A DNA stretch of 32,000 bases from Candidatus Hadarchaeota archaeon (GCA_964514965.1 CAZETV010000002.1:1-32000); one strand, 5' to 3'; positions 1-10,088 are shown, numbered from the stretch's first letter. Numbers and translations are program-made. Notes: generated by a model from the letters alone, not told the origin.

Positions 1-254
1 AAGCCACTATCGTGTTGCAAAAGTAGGGGGTGATGAAGACTTATTCAACAAAGCCACCGCTATCGAAACCTTTATAAGAGAATTAAGGAGTCGCGCTAGT
101 TCATCAGCAGTTACCTCTCGTTTATTAGGGGTTTTGTCGAGAATTCAGTGACGAGGGGCATGAAGTTTGGAATGGTGATAGTGGCAGTTTTGCTGTTGGG
201 GTTCTCGTAGTGATTTTTTTGCTCATTAAAATACGATATTAGCAGAGAATGCTC

Positions 255-1076
255 TTAGAATCGCCTCGGGTATGAGCCGAGCACTTTAAGCATTGCCGTC
301 TTCCGCTTTACGCCCTCCAGCACCTTTCTCACCTCGATATCCTCACGGTGCCCCTCGAAGTCGATGAAGAAGAGATAATCGCCGAGCGCCTTCTTTGACG
401 GACGGGACTCAATCTTCGTCAGGTTTATGTTTCGGACTGCAAACTCGCCCAATATCTTGTGAAGGATACCCGGCCTGTCCCGGGCAGTGTAAAAAACGAT
501 TGAGGTCTTGTCGCGGCCCGTGGGTTTGCCATCCTCCTTCGCGAGGCATAGAAAGCGGGTGGTGTTCATCCCGCCCGACTGGATATCATCATGAAGCACT
601 TCCAGGCCGTAGAGGTTCGCGAGCGCCTTTGGCCCAATCGCTGCCATGTGGGGCTGCTTGAGTTCACCAACCTGCTCCGCTGCTTTGGCGGTGCTCGTCA
701 TCTCGATGAGTTCCGCTTTCGGCAAGTTCTTCCGCAGGAACTCGCGGCACTGGGCCAGCGCCTGAGGGTGGGAGAGCACCTGGGTGATTTTCACGAGCTT
801 AGCCCCGGGCACCCCAAGCAAGGAATGCGAGACCGGAACGACCACCTCGGCTTGGATTTTGGCATCTGCCCACGCGATCACATCGAGCGCCTCCCCCACG
901 GAACCCTCCCGCAAGCTCTCAATCGGGATGACGCCTGCCTGAACATCCCCGCGCGCCACGGCTTCAGCAACATCAGTAATCATAGGATAGAGTACCACCT
1001 CAACTTTCTCCCCGAACTGGGAGAGTGCAGCCAGTTCAGCGTATGTACCCCTGGGCCCGAGAACCCCAACCTTCAT
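255..1076 (-). CDS. pheA: Prephenate dehydratase with C-terminal ACT domain
   Basis: 273-aa ORF. Has the TRF catalytic motif (NTTRFLCLAKE) and the ESRPSK motif of the ACT regulatory domain. Its start overlaps the tyrA stop by 4 nt (1073-1076). Confidence 0.9.
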   Translation of the reverse strand: MKVGVLGPRGTYAELAALSQFGEKVEVVLYPMITDVAEAVARGDVQAGVIPIESLREGSVGEALDVIAWADAKIQAEVVVPVSHSLLGVPGAKLVKITQVLSHPQALAQCREFLRKNLPKAELIEMTSTAKAAEQVGELKQPHMAAIGPKALANLYGLEVLHDDIQSGGMNTTRFLCLAKEDGKPTGRDKTSIVFYTARDRPGILHKILGEFAVRNINLTKIESRPSKKALGDYLFFIDFEGHREDIEVRKVLEGVKRKTAMLKVLGSYPRRF

Positions 1077-1933
1077 TTTTTATTCTCCTCGAATATTTTA
1101 TAAATCTTTTTGTATGCATTTTTGGCTTCAGCCGATCCCCATGGAGCTAGGGCCTCTTTGAAAATTGCTCGAACGCTTTTGGCATCTCCAGCTGAGAAGG
1201 CGATATCCAACGAACGACAAGCTTCAAGGAGCGAACTCCGCACGACCCGCGAGTATCGGTTGCGCACCTGAAGTCCACCGTATAGCTCAGGGTTCCCCGC
1301 GAGCACGGATTTAGCTAGATTGAGTAACGTCGCGAACATCGGGGTACGAAGCTTTTCCGCTTGTTTAAGCCCCTTCATCGACTTGAGCGCGTCGAGGTAG
1401 GCGAGCAGCACGAAATGAGTCATGCATTGGATTATCGCCATCAAACGATCGTGCTCCTCCGCTTCCATCTCAGTGACTCGCGCGCCCAGCTCGATTAGGC
1501 GGTTTTTGAGCGCGGCGTAGCGTTGACCGGGCCTTACTGGCACCACCACGAAATCCTTCCCCTTGACGCTCGTCGCCCCCGGTCCGAAGAGGGGATGGAG
1601 CGACACAAGCTCGACTTTTGCTTCTACAGTTCGCATTACTTCAACGACATCGCTCTTCACCGAGGTGATATCTGCGAGCAATGCCATCCGCCTGACTTGC
1701 CCCGCGAGCAATTTGATGACCGCAGGAGTTTTGGAAATCGGTACAGCGATTAGCACGAGCTCAGCTTCTGCAGCAGCCTCAGCGACCGACTTAGAGCTTA
1801 CGCCCAATTCTCTTGCCACCTGCTCAGCCTTAGCTGCGCTGGCATCTGCGACTACAACCTCACCCAAATTTTGTTTGGCGAAGCTAGCCAACCATTTTCC
1901 CATCGCGCCCGTTCCGATGACGGCGACTTTCAC
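1073..1933 (-). CDS. tyrA: Prephenate dehydrogenase
   Basis: 286-aa ORF. N-terminal Rossmann motif MKVAVIGTGAMG and a C-terminal helical PDH domain (HDRLMAIIQCMTHF). Has 4-nt overlaps with both neighbours. Confidence 0.85.
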   Translation of the reverse strand: MKVAVIGTGAMGKWLASFAKQNLGEVVVADASAAKAEQVARELGVSSKSVAEAAAEAELVLIAVPISKTPAVIKLLAGQVRRMALLADITSVKSDVVEVMRTVEAKVELVSLHPLFGPGATSVKGKDFVVVPVRPGQRYAALKNRLIELGARVTEMEAEEHDRLMAIIQCMTHFVLLAYLDALKSMKGLKQAEKLRTPMFATLLNLAKSVLAGNPELYGGLQVRNRYSRVVRSSLLEACRSLDIAFSAGDAKSVRAIFKEALAPWGSAEAKNAYKKIYKIFEENKK

Positions 1934-2790
1934 CTACTTCCTCCTCTCAACTCCCGTTTTGCTGCAGCCCTCATAATATTAATGGGTGCACGCCTGCCAG
2001 TCCAAATCTCGAATGCTAGCGCACCTTGATGCACGAGCATTTCTAACCCGTCGATAATCTTTACCCCTGCTCGACTCGCCTCTCGCAACAACTTCGTCCG
2101 GAGAGGTTCGTAAACGATATCGTGGACAACGAGCCCGCGACGCATCATGCTCGCACGCACTAGGGTTTTCTCTGTCTTGGGGTACATTCCTGCTGATGTG
2201 GCGTTGATCAGGACATCCGCATTTTCGAGAACCTTTGTGAGTTCGGCGCGGTTTAAGGCGGTTACTTCCACATTTACTCCCAGCTTTTGCTCGATTGTCG
2301 ACGCCAGCGCTCGCGCCCTTGGGACGGTGCGGTTGGCGATTGTAATCCTCGCACGTGTTTTAGCTAATGAGAAAGCAATGGCGCGGGCAGCTCCCCCTGC
2401 ACCCAAGAGCACCACTTCTTTCCCCTTGACGGAGCCAATCTTTCCCTGGAGCGCTCGAAGGGCACCCTCCCCGTCTGTGTTGAACCCGATGAGTTTCCCT
2501 CGATCGTTTTTGACTGTATTGACCGCGCCCACCAAGCTCGCAGACTCATCGAGCTCATCAAGCAGGCTGACGATACTTATCTTGTGAGGGATGGTGACAT
2601 TGAGTCCAGCAATATCCAGCGCCCGGACGCCAGCAATTGCGTCGGCAAGCGTGGGCTTTAGCACGCGGAGAGCGATGTAAACATAGTTAAGCCCAAGAGC
2701 TTGGAAGGTGGCATTGTGCATGGCTGGCGAGAGGCTTTGTTCGACTGGGTCGCCTATCAGAGCGAAGAGTTTGAGCTTCGCCAAGTTCAT
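1930..2790 (-). CDS. aroE: Shikimate 5-dehydrogenase
   Basis: 286-aa ORF. Has the SLSPAMHN substrate motif, NTD, and a GAGGAARA NADP-binding loop. Confidence 0.9.
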   Translation of the reverse strand: MNLAKLKLFALIGDPVEQSLSPAMHNATFQALGLNYVYIALRVLKPTLADAIAGVRALDIAGLNVTIPHKISIVSLLDELDESASLVGAVNTVKNDRGKLIGFNTDGEGALRALQGKIGSVKGKEVVLLGAGGAARAIAFSLAKTRARITIANRTVPRARALASTIEQKLGVNVEVTALNRAELTKVLENADVLINATSAGMYPKTEKTLVRASMMRRGLVVHDIVYEPLRTKLLREASRAGVKIIDGLEMLVHQGALAFEIWTGRRAPINIMRAAAKRELRGGSR

Positions 2791-3566
2791 CTTTTCTCCT
2801 TGAGAATCAACTCATGCAACAAGCGTTTCATAGTCGCGATATCGAGCTGTCCAGGTGCGGTTGCCTTGCCCGCAGACGCATAAACGATTGGTGAACCTAA
2901 CATCGGGGCAACAATGCGCGTTATCTTGCCTGCATCTCCCATTGCGAAGGCTATTATTGGCACCGCTACTTCATCCTGCACCTGAGCTAGGAAGTCAAGC
3001 ATGCGGAGCGCATCCCGTGTGTCCTCTGCGAATGTCACAATTTTCGCGATGTCGCACCCAGCGCCCACTAAACGCTTCGCAGTGTCTATCATACTTTCGA
3101 TAGATGGCGTTATGGAAAAATCGTGATATGACATTACCACCGAGACGCCGGATTTTTTAGCCTGCGACACCACCCGCTCGCGCAGGGGCTCAGAGGTCGA
3201 GAATTCGATGTCGATGCAAGAAACCCCCCTCGCGATACCTTGGAGCAGCACCTCGATGCGCTTATTTTCATTTCCCCTAAAGCCGCCTCCCTCGCGCTCC
3301 AAGCGGTTCGTCAGGATCACCGGTACTTTAACTGGCAGCAATTTATCCCAGCCAGTGGGATCATGCAATCCGTCGATACGGAGCTCAATCAAGTCCGCAC
3401 CTTGATCGATTGCCCCAGCTACACTTGCGCGCATTGTTTCGATATCTTGGTCGATTACAACCCCGCAGATAGCGGGCGTTCGCACCTCATGCTCACCTAG
3501 TTTGAGCGTTCCCACAGAGTTTACGCTCCTATTAATCGGTTGACACTCCTGCCAACTACCTTTCAA
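2787..3566 (-). CDS. aroD: 3-dehydroquinate dehydratase, type I
   Basis: 259-aa ORF with an ELRID(G)L motif and TIM-barrel-like pattern, in the expected operon position. The N-terminal ~20 aa may be over-extended, since there is an 11-nt overlap with aroB'. Confidence 0.8.
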   Translation of the reverse strand: MKGSWQECQPINRSVNSVGTLKLGEHEVRTPAICGVVIDQDIETMRASVAGAIDQGADLIELRIDGLHDPTGWDKLLPVKVPVILTNRLEREGGGFRGNENKRIEVLLQGIARGVSCIDIEFSTSEPLRERVVSQAKKSGVSVVMSYHDFSITPSIESMIDTAKRLVGAGCDIAKIVTFAEDTRDALRMLDFLAQVQDEVAVPIIAFAMGDAGKITRIVAPMLGSPIVYASAGKATAPGQLDIATMKRLLHELILKEKR

Positions 3567-4680
3567 TTACTGTCTCATCAACCTTAACACCGAAGTGTCG
3601 TCCAGCTCGCTCAATGTGCACGAGCACCTCGTCACCTGGCTTAAGCTTAGCTACCGAGATCGGCTTTCCACCTTTGTCGACGAGATTTATTGTTTCAGCA
3701 TTCTGGAGCAGCGTTTTGAATTTTTCTCCCTCGCACTCGGCCTCAACGAGCAACATCGGCCGACGCTCTATCTTTACTCGTCCGACCACACCCACCCGGG
3801 TCTCTCCCTTAGCGTTTACGAGCAGTACCTCGTCGCCCGCGCCTAGCTCCGACATGTATTTCGTCTTTCCTCCAGGCAATCGGATGTAAGCGTGCACTGC
3901 CCCCGCGTTCACCCGAAATGGGCGAGGCTCGACGAACTCACTTAGCAGCGACTCTGAATGAACCAAGAACATGCCACCTGCCTGACTCCCCACCAGCATC
4001 CCCTCGCCAACGCTCATGAGTGATGTGGTATCAACGCAGGCTCGATCGCCCATACCCACGGGACGAACTGTGGTGACCTTCGCTGGCACAAGCTCAAGTT
4101 TTTCAAGCGCGAACATTTCGAATGCCTCACACACTTTTCGGATTTCTCCAGTCCCACGCTCTCGCGAGTCAAGCAATACACCGGCAGCACCGATTTCGAG
4201 TGTCTCTATCGCGACCTTGGCTTCCTCGGCGTCTTTCACCCCAGTCAAAACTTTGACTTCAGCGCTTTGGAGTTCAGCGATTAAGTTCTCGAGTGGAATC
4301 ACTTTCCAATCAGGCGTAATTGCGATTAAGAAGTCAGCTACTTTTCCAGCCTTGACGGCGGCGCGCTCAAGTTCTTTATTCGCTACCTCGACAAGTACCG
4401 CAACCTTTTTTTCTTGTTTGTGCAAAGCCTCAACTTGCTTGATTGCTTGTTTGACCTCTGCGGTGCTTCGAGCGCTCAACATCACCACGCCAACACTCGG
4501 CGCCAGCTCATTTGTCGAGATGGTGACAGTTCCGAGCTTAAGTGCTTCTTGAACCTCCTTGGGCTTAACCAGCACGACATCCGCGCCGGCCTCAATCGCT
4601 GCGTTGATGAATGGTTTCCGCTTTTCCCAAGGCTCTTCCCAGTCAGCCCTGACCCAAACAAGCTTGCGCAATTTTTTCAC
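3556..4680 (-). CDS. aroB': 3-dehydroquinate synthase II (archaeal type, MJ1249 family)
   Basis: 374-aa ORF. The C-terminal half matches my memory of MJ1249 closely ([13 protein letters not shown]..., [16 protein letters not shown]..., LQNAETI...). Confidence 0.88.
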   Translation of the reverse strand: MKKLRKLVWVRADWEEPWEKRKPFINAAIEAGADVVLVKPKEVQEALKLGTVTISTNELAPSVGVVMLSARSTAEVKQAIKQVEALHKQEKKVAVLVEVANKELERAAVKAGKVADFLIAITPDWKVIPLENLIAELQSAEVKVLTGVKDAEEAKVAIETLEIGAAGVLLDSRERGTGEIRKVCEAFEMFALEKLELVPAKVTTVRPVGMGDRACVDTTSLMSVGEGMLVGSQAGGMFLVHSESLLSEFVEPRPFRVNAGAVHAYIRLPGGKTKYMSELGAGDEVLLVNAKGETRVGVVGRVKIERRPMLLVEAECEGEKFKTLLQNAETINLVDKGGKPISVAKLKPGDEVLVHIERAGRHFGVKVDETVIER

Positions 4681-5477
4681 CGCTTGAGTTCACGCATCGC
4701 CCGCTCGACCGAGACTCCTCCGTGTACGATCTGCACCAGCGCTCGAGTCATTCCAGTAGGGTTTCGGTGCTGGAAAATGTTGCGCCCTATCGAAACCCCT
4801 AGTGCTCCAGCTTTGACTGCTTCATTCGCCATCTCAAGCACATCCCGTTCGGTCACCATCTTCGGACCACCAGCAATCACCACTGGCACAGGGCAGCCCC
4901 GGACAACCTTTCGGAAAGAGTTGATGTCTCCAGTGTAAGATGTCTTAATTATGTCAGCCCCCAGCTCCGCTCCGACCCGTGCTGCATGCGCAACTAACTC
5001 GGGATCATGCTGATTCTTTATTTTTGGGCCGCGCGGGTACATCATCGCAAACAGAGGCATGCCCCAGTTCGCGCATGTCTCAGCAACATCCCCTAACGCC
5101 AGAAGCTGTTCCGGCTCGTTCGCCGCACCCACATTGACGTGAACCGAGACGGCGTCCGCGCCCAAGCTGATTGCCTCCTCAACTGTCGCTATTGGAACCT
5201 TACTGTTAGGGTCAGGCCCCAGCGAGGTGCTCCCCGAGAGGTGGATGATAAGCCCGACATCCTTTCCGTATCCTCGGTGCCCGGCGCGAACGATACCTTT
5301 GTGTAGCACAACGGCGTTTGCCCCGCCGTCAGCTACCTTGTTTATAATTGATGCCATGTTTTCGATACCTGCAATAGGCCCCATGCTCAAGCCATGATCC
5401 ATAGGTACAATCACTGTTCGCCTTGTTTTCCGGTCGATTATTCGCTCAAGCCTCACGCGTTTTCCAACTTCGGACAA
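4677..5477 (-). CDS. aroA': 2-amino-3,7-dideoxy-D-threo-hept-6-ulosonate (ADH) synthase, DhnA-type class I aldolase (MJ0400 family)
   Basis: 266-aa ORF. Matches [40 protein letters not shown] and [13 protein letters not shown] start at 5477 is preceded by a strong SD (AGGAGGT) 7 nt upstream. Confidence 0.88.
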   Translation of the reverse strand: MSEVGKRVRLERIIDRKTRRTVIVPMDHGLSMGPIAGIENMASIINKVADGGANAVVLHKGIVRAGHRGYGKDVGLIIHLSGSTSLGPDPNSKVPIATVEEAISLGADAVSVHVNVGAANEPEQLLALGDVAETCANWGMPLFAMMYPRGPKIKNQHDPELVAHAARVGAELGADIIKTSYTGDINSFRKVVRGCPVPVVIAGGPKMVTERDVLEMANEAVKAGALGVSIGRNIFQHRNPTGMTRALVQIVHGGVSVERAMRELKR

Positions 5478-5504
5478 TCACACTACCTCCTTATGTGATA
5501 TACT

Positions 5505-5526
5505 GCACACACATTAAAAAGTGTGC
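5505..5526. promoter_or_regulatory. Inverted repeat GCACAC-N10-GTGTGC bracketing an A/T-rich TATA-like element in the divergent aro promoter region
   Basis: Read directly: GCACAC (5505-5510), spacer acattaaaaa, GTGTGC (5521-5526). It lies ~35-40 nt upstream of the aroA' TTG start on the minus strand. Confidence 0.35.
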
Positions 5527-5683
5527 CAAAAAGCGTAAATTTGCTTGATCTAGGTATGACTGCTCTGACGATAAAGGCAATTACCGCCATCGCATCTCAT
5601 CTGGTTTTCCATACCTTACACCAGATATTCCCCCCGCCTCAAATCCTTATTAAACCTTTCGGAGATTGTTTAGCGGGAACCCC

Positions 5684-6970
5684 ATGACATTTTTGAAAGT
5701 TAAGCCCTCAAAACTGGAAGGAGAGGTTAAAGCACCTCCTTCGAAAAGTTACACTCACCGCGCTTTCATGGTTGCGTTGCTGGCGAGGGATAAAAGCAAG
5801 GTTATCAACCCACTTTTAAGTTTTGACACCGAAGCGACAATCGAAGCAGCTCAAACTCTCGGCGCGGAAATCAGCCAAGAAGGTAATGTTTGGCAGGTCT
5901 CAGGTACCGCTGGCGAACTCAAACCCCGTACTGATACCATCAATGCTCGCAACTCAGGCACAACTATTCGTTTGATGAGTGCAATCGCTGCGCTTTCACC
6001 CAATCTCGTACGTTTAACTGGCGATGAATCAGTCCGTGCTCGCCCCATTGGGCCATTAATCGAGGCGCTTACCAAGTTGGGGGCCACAGCACACTGCGAG
6101 GGGCCCCATGGCAGGCCTCCGGTAGTTGTGGGTAGAGGGTTAAATGGGGGTGAGGTGGAAATAACAGGCACGATAAGTTCACAATTCATCTCAGCACTGC
6201 TGCTAGCTTCTCCTTACGCGAAAGAGAACGTCGAGATAACAGTAACCGAAGAGCTACGATCCAAGCCCTACATCGAAATCACGCTTGAGTTGCTCGACGA
6301 GGCTGGGGCCAGAATCAAACGCGACCGTGGCCTCATGGAGTTCAAAATCCCTGGTGGGCAGGTATTAAAAGCGATAGATTTTGATGTCCCCGGCGATTTC
6401 TCTTCAGCAGCTTTCATGCTCGCAGCAGCCGCGCTCACGGGGGGGACCGTTCGGGTGAACAACCTTAATGTAAAAAGCGCCCAAGGGGACAAGCGGATTA
6501 TTGAATTGCTCCGAGAATTTGGGGCAGATACGAAGGTGAAAGGCAAGACGGTAGAAGTCTCGGGCGACGGGAGGCTCTCAGGCATCGAGGCCGATTGTGG
6601 CGATAATCCGGACTTGGTGCCCGCGCTCGCTGTGCTCGGCTCAGTTGCCGAAGGTCGGACTAGGCTCCTAAATATCCCCCATCTCCGGCTCAAAGAGACT
6701 GATCGTATCCACGCGCTAGCAAGCGAACTTCGAAAGCTGGGAGCTGAAGTGGAGGAGCGGACGGACGAACTCCGCATTCGAGGAGTAAAACGGCTCAAAG
6801 GCGCAAAACTTACTTCCTACGGAGATCACCGCATGGCGATGGCTTTCACGGTAGCTAGCTTAGCCGCGTTAGGGGAAACCATTATAGACGGTGCAGAGAG
6901 CATTAGCGTGTCATACCCAAGCTTTGTCGAAGATATACGAAAGTTGGGGGGCAAAGTGGAGTTGGTTTGA
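5684..6970 (+). CDS. aroA: 3-phosphoshikimate 1-carboxyvinyltransferase (EPSP synthase)
   Basis: Has [10 protein letters not shown] (the PxSKS.t.R motif), NSGTTIRL, and LKETDRI...LRKLGA. I prefer the ATG at 5684 over the TTG at 5666 in the ORF track. A TATA-like ttattaaa lies ~30 nt upstream. Confidence 0.9.
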   Translation: MTFLKVKPSKLEGEVKAPPSKSYTHRAFMVALLARDKSKVINPLLSFDTEATIEAAQTLGAEISQEGNVWQVSGTAGELKPRTDTINARNSGTTIRLMSAIAALSPNLVRLTGDESVRARPIGPLIEALTKLGATAHCEGPHGRPPVVVGRGLNGGEVEITGTISSQFISALLLASPYAKENVEITVTEELRSKPYIEITLELLDEAGARIKRDRGLMEFKIPGGQVLKAIDFDVPGDFSSAAFMLAAAALTGGTVRVNNLNVKSAQGDKRIIELLREFGADTKVKGKTVEVSGDGRLSGIEADCGDNPDLVPALAVLGSVAEGRTRLLNIPHLRLKETDRIHALASELRKLGAEVEERTDELRIRGVKRLKGAKLTSYGDHRMAMAFTVASLAALGETIIDGAESISVSYPSFVEDIRKLGGKVELV

Positions 6971-8067
6971 TGGCCGGCAATACATTCGGGAAGGTATTTA
7001 AGGTTACAACTTGGGGCGAGAGCCATGGTCTTTCCGTCGGCGCGATTGTCGATGGTGTCCCAGCTAGCTTACCGCTGAGCGAGGTGGATATACAACACGA
7101 ACTCGACAGGCGGCGCCCTGGCCAGTCAATTCTTGCGACACCACGCAGAGAACGCGACCGAGTCGAAATCCTCTCCGGGGTTTTCCAATGCAAGACGCTC
7201 GGCACGCCGATATGCATGCTCGTCCGCAACATCGATGTCGATTCGAAACCATACGAAGAAATCAAAACTAAGCCTAGGCCCGGTCATGCTGACCTCGCTT
7301 ACTGGCTCAAGTTCGGTCATACTGACTACCGGGGAGGGGGGCGAGCCTCGGCACGAGAAACTGTTGGACGAGTCGCAGCTGGGGCGATCGCGAAGAAGCT
7401 ACTCGCAGCTCACGGAATCGAGATTCTAGGTCACACCATCGAGGCCGCGAAAATAGCGGTCGAGCGGGAAGTGAAGTCTGAGGAAATCCGCAAAAACGTA
7501 GAGCGGAATCCTATGCGGTGCGCTGACCCAAAGGTGGCTGAACGGATGAAGCAAGCAGTATTGCACGCGAGTATAGATGGTAATAGTACTGGTGGAATAG
7601 TTGAGGTTCGGGCACTCAACATCCCTTCCGGGTTGGGCGAACCCGTTTTCGACAAGCTTGATGCAGAGATAGCTCATGCTCTGATGTCGGTGGGTTCAGT
7701 CAAAGGCGTTGAAATCGGTGCTGGCTTCAAAGCATCTAGAATGCTCGGCTCTGAGATGAATGATCCCTTGACGCTTCGTGGGCGCAAGATAATGAGTGCG
7801 ACGAACAACGCTGGGGGCATCCTCGGCGGCATAAGCACAGGCATGCCGATTGTCGCCCGGATAGCAGTCAAACCTACCCCCTCTATAACCCAACCGCAGC
7901 AAACTGTCGACATCGCCCGAATGAAAGAAGTTGAAATCAAGCTCAAGGGAAGATTCGACCCAAACATCTGCCCGCGCATTGTGCCCGTGGCTGAGGCGAT
8001 GCTCGCACTGGTGCTCGCGGACCACATGCTGCGCGCTGGAAAAGTTAATCCTACCCGTTTAAAGTAA
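6970..8067 (+). CDS. aroC: Chorismate synthase
   Basis: Has GESHG, RPGHAD and GRFDP motifs. The ATG at 6970 overlaps the aroA TGA by 1 nt (TGATG). Confidence 0.9.
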   Translation: MAGNTFGKVFKVTTWGESHGLSVGAIVDGVPASLPLSEVDIQHELDRRRPGQSILATPRRERDRVEILSGVFQCKTLGTPICMLVRNIDVDSKPYEEIKTKPRPGHADLAYWLKFGHTDYRGGGRASARETVGRVAAGAIAKKLLAAHGIEILGHTIEAAKIAVEREVKSEEIRKNVERNPMRCADPKVAERMKQAVLHASIDGNSTGGIVEVRALNIPSGLGEPVFDKLDAEIAHALMSVGSVKGVEIGAGFKASRMLGSEMNDPLTLRGRKIMSATNNAGGILGGISTGMPIVARIAVKPTPSITQPQQTVDIARMKEVEIKLKGRFDPNICPRIVPVAEAMLALVLADHMLRAGKVNPTRLK

Positions 8068-8076
8068 ATTTTAGAG

Positions 8077-8967
8077 GTGTGGATTCTGGCTAAACGTCGA
8101 GGAACTGCTTCGGCGTGCGGCTCCGCTACCGTTGTTAACGCGATAGCTACGGGCAAAGGAGCCGCATTCGGGGTCGAGCTTCGAGTTAGAGCGAGTTGCG
8201 AGCTTACCGGCAGGCCAGGGGAGATTATCGGGCGAGTGGTTGATGACCCCACTGAAAGCCCTCGACTGATTGAGATATGTGTGCAAAAAGTTCTCAAACA
8301 TTTCAAGCTTGAACGAACCTACGGCGCACGAGTGCAGACAAGGTCTAAAGTCCCGATTGCCATGGGGCTTTCGAGCAGTTCCGCTGCTGCTAACGCTGCG
8401 GTGCTCGCTACTTTCGCGGCGCTTGGCCGAAAACCAAACCCAAAACTTGTACTGGACTTGGGTATCGATGCCGCATTTGAGGCAGGTGTCACCATAACCG
8501 GAGCACTTGATGACGCAGCGGCTTCATTTTTTGGTTTCGGTGTAATAACAGACAACATCAAACGACTGGTGCTTCAACGATTCAAACTAAATCCGAAGCT
8601 CACCGTGCTAATTTATGTGCCACCGACGAAGTTCCACACTTCGCAGATAAACATGACTCGGGTAAAGTCACTTCAGAAGGGCGTCAAGGTCGCACACGAT
8701 CAAACTATACTAGGAAATGTCTTCGGTGCCTTAACGCTCAACGGCTTGCTCTACTCGAGCGCGCTCGGCTACGACCCAATGATAATGCTAGATGCTTTGG
8801 CCGCGGGTGCGCTCGCAGCTGGCCTTACAGGTACTGGTCCAGCGGTAGTAGCAATAGCTAAATCGAATAACGTCGAGAGTATAAAGAAGTCTTGGCGATG
8901 GAGACCCGGGAGAATAATCACCACCAAGCCGGCCACGGAGGGCGCACGAATCGAGAGATATCTATGA
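8077..8967 (+). CDS. aroK: Shikimate kinase, archaeal GHMP-kinase type
   Basis: Has a GHMP motif (PIAMGLSSSSAAANA) and an N-terminus (GSATVVNAIATGKGAAFGVEL) resembling my memory of the M. jannaschii archaeal shikimate kinase. GTG start. Confidence 0.8.
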   Translation: MWILAKRRGTASACGSATVVNAIATGKGAAFGVELRVRASCELTGRPGEIIGRVVDDPTESPRLIEICVQKVLKHFKLERTYGARVQTRSKVPIAMGLSSSSAAANAAVLATFAALGRKPNPKLVLDLGIDAAFEAGVTITGALDDAAASFFGFGVITDNIKRLVLQRFKLNPKLTVLIYVPPTKFHTSQINMTRVKSLQKGVKVAHDQTILGNVFGALTLNGLLYSSALGYDPMIMLDALAAGALAAGLTGTGPAVVAIAKSNNVESIKKSWRWRPGRIITTKPATEGARIERYL

Positions 8968-9752
8968 GTGAGAAAAAGTTGCAGATGCTAAGGCAGGAAA
9001 TAGACGATATTGATGAACGGGTCATCTTATTGCTCGCGCAGCGGTTGAAACTAGCAGACGATCTCGTGGCGCTGAAACGGAAACTCAAGATAGGAATCAG
9101 AGACATGACAAGAGAACGAGCAGTCATCAACCGTGCTAGAAAGCGGGCAAAAAGTGAGGGGCTGGAACCCGCGTTCATCGAGAGCGTGATGCGGTTGGTG
9201 ATAGCGCACATGGCTGGAGTGGAGCGCGAGTTCGTAGGCGGCGCGGGGATGTGGACGAAAATTCAGGACGCCTTCGCTAATTTTCCAGCTCAGCTCAACG
9301 TTGCGCGGACACTGTTCAAATATGGGCTTCGAGTACGGGAGAATGGAGAAATTGCCTGCGGCGATATCCGGATTCCCGCTGTCCAGATAGCAGGGGAAGT
9401 AGGCGTTGACCGGCGCGTGGTCGATGCTACCGCCCAGACTATTTTGAAAAATGATGAGCTGCGTGGGATATTCGAAAACCTTGAGCCCATAGCCTACTTG
9501 AAGGGTGTGGCCCAGCAGATCGGGATGGGGGTAATCGAGATTTTGCCGAAGAACGCAACCGAGCCCGGCATAATAAGCGAGGTGGCGGGCACCATCTCAC
9601 GCTTTAAGATAAGCATCCGCCAAGCAGTTGCGGAAGACCCTCACTTCGTGCCTCAACCCAAGTTGACTTTAATCACTGACGAGCCAGTGCGTGGCGACGT
9701 GATCGAAGCACTGAGAAAGTTGCCGAGCGTACAAAGCGTTGTCGTTTATTAG
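8964..9752 (+). CDS. AroQ-type chorismate mutase fused to a C-terminal putative HTH + ACT regulatory module (COG2150-like)
   Basis: The N-terminal ~95 aa (LQMLRQEIDDIDERVILLLAQRLKLADDL...RERAVI) is a typical AroQ helical CM. The C-terminal ~160 aa contains an HTH-like stretch (IPAVQIAGEVGVDRRVV) and an ACT-like beta-alpha-beta region. The ATG at 8964 overlaps the aroK TGA (ATGA), so the track start at 8892 is rejected. Confidence 0.75.
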   Translation: MSEKKLQMLRQEIDDIDERVILLLAQRLKLADDLVALKRKLKIGIRDMTRERAVINRARKRAKSEGLEPAFIESVMRLVIAHMAGVEREFVGGAGMWTKIQDAFANFPAQLNVARTLFKYGLRVRENGEIACGDIRIPAVQIAGEVGVDRRVVDATAQTILKNDELRGIFENLEPIAYLKGVAQQIGMGVIEILPKNATEPGIISEVAGTISRFKISIRQAVAEDPHFVPQPKLTLITDEPVRGDVIEALRKLPSVQSVVVY

Positions 9753-9755
9753 TGG

Positions 9756-9761
9756 TTTTTT
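9756..9761 (+). terminator. Oligo-T tract immediately after the chorismate mutase stop codon (possible archaeal intrinsic terminator)
   Basis: A T6 run begins 4 nt after the TAG at 9750-9752, at a convergent gene junction. Confidence 0.35.
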
Positions 9762-9795
9762 ATTAGGGTTGATTACATCAGCTGTTGCTCCGAGT

Positions 9796-10086
9796 TCAAA
9801 ACCTGAAGAGCTGCGCGTGTGGGATATCTTGAATTTTGATGACATTTGCGCTTTCGATGATTCCGACTTTAACTGCGTGCCACACTATCGACCCCACGAG
9901 GTTTGCAATCGTGGCTTCGCGCAGCGCTGTGAGACACTCCTCGACGCTAGCTTCGGTTCCCCGATAAAATGATTCTTTGATTTCAAGCTTCAGTTCACCC
10001 TGCTTAAATTTCTTCCCAAGTAGCTCTGGGTCACAAACGACGACGAGTACCTCGCCCTGAGTTCGGATTACTCTGAGGGAGGGCAA
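9796..10086 (-). CDS. DUF424-family archaeal protein
   Basis: VVVCDPELLGKKFKQGELKLEIKESFYRG matches my memory of the DUF424 pattern. The track start at 10131 would overlap aIF-2 beta by 43 nt. The in-frame TTG at 10086 lies 2 nt after the aIF-2 beta stop. The start remains uncertain. Confidence 0.55.
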   Translation of the reverse strand: MPSLRVIRTQGEVLVVVCDPELLGKKFKQGELKLEIKESFYRGTEASVEECLTALREATIANLVGSIVWHAVKVGIIESANVIKIQDIPHAQLFRF

Positions 10087-10088
10087 GA

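Noticed and set aside
2-151. Open frame running in from the left window edge (…HYRVAKVGGDEDLFNKATAIETFIRELRSRASSSAVTSRLLGVLSRIQ*), followed by a 16-codon hydrophobic mini-ORF at 160-210.
   Set aside because: Only ~49 codons are visible with no recognisable motif, so it cannot be told apart from a chance open frame. The mini-ORF is too short to support.
7674-8306. 210-aa minus-strand ORF overlapping aroC and aroK. Comparable shadow ORFs lie at 591-1103, 1563-1976, 2147-2587, 4016-4552, 4414-4938, 6268-6798, 10590-11063 and 31359-31949.
   Set aside because: They are antisense or out of frame relative to well-supported housekeeping genes, with Ser/Thr/Ala-rich low-complexity translations.
8892-8963. 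24-codon N-terminal extension of the chorismate mutase ORF.
   Set aside because: It lies inside the aroK coding region. The ATG at 8964 forms an ATGA coupling overlap with the aroK stop and starts exactly at the AroQ domain.
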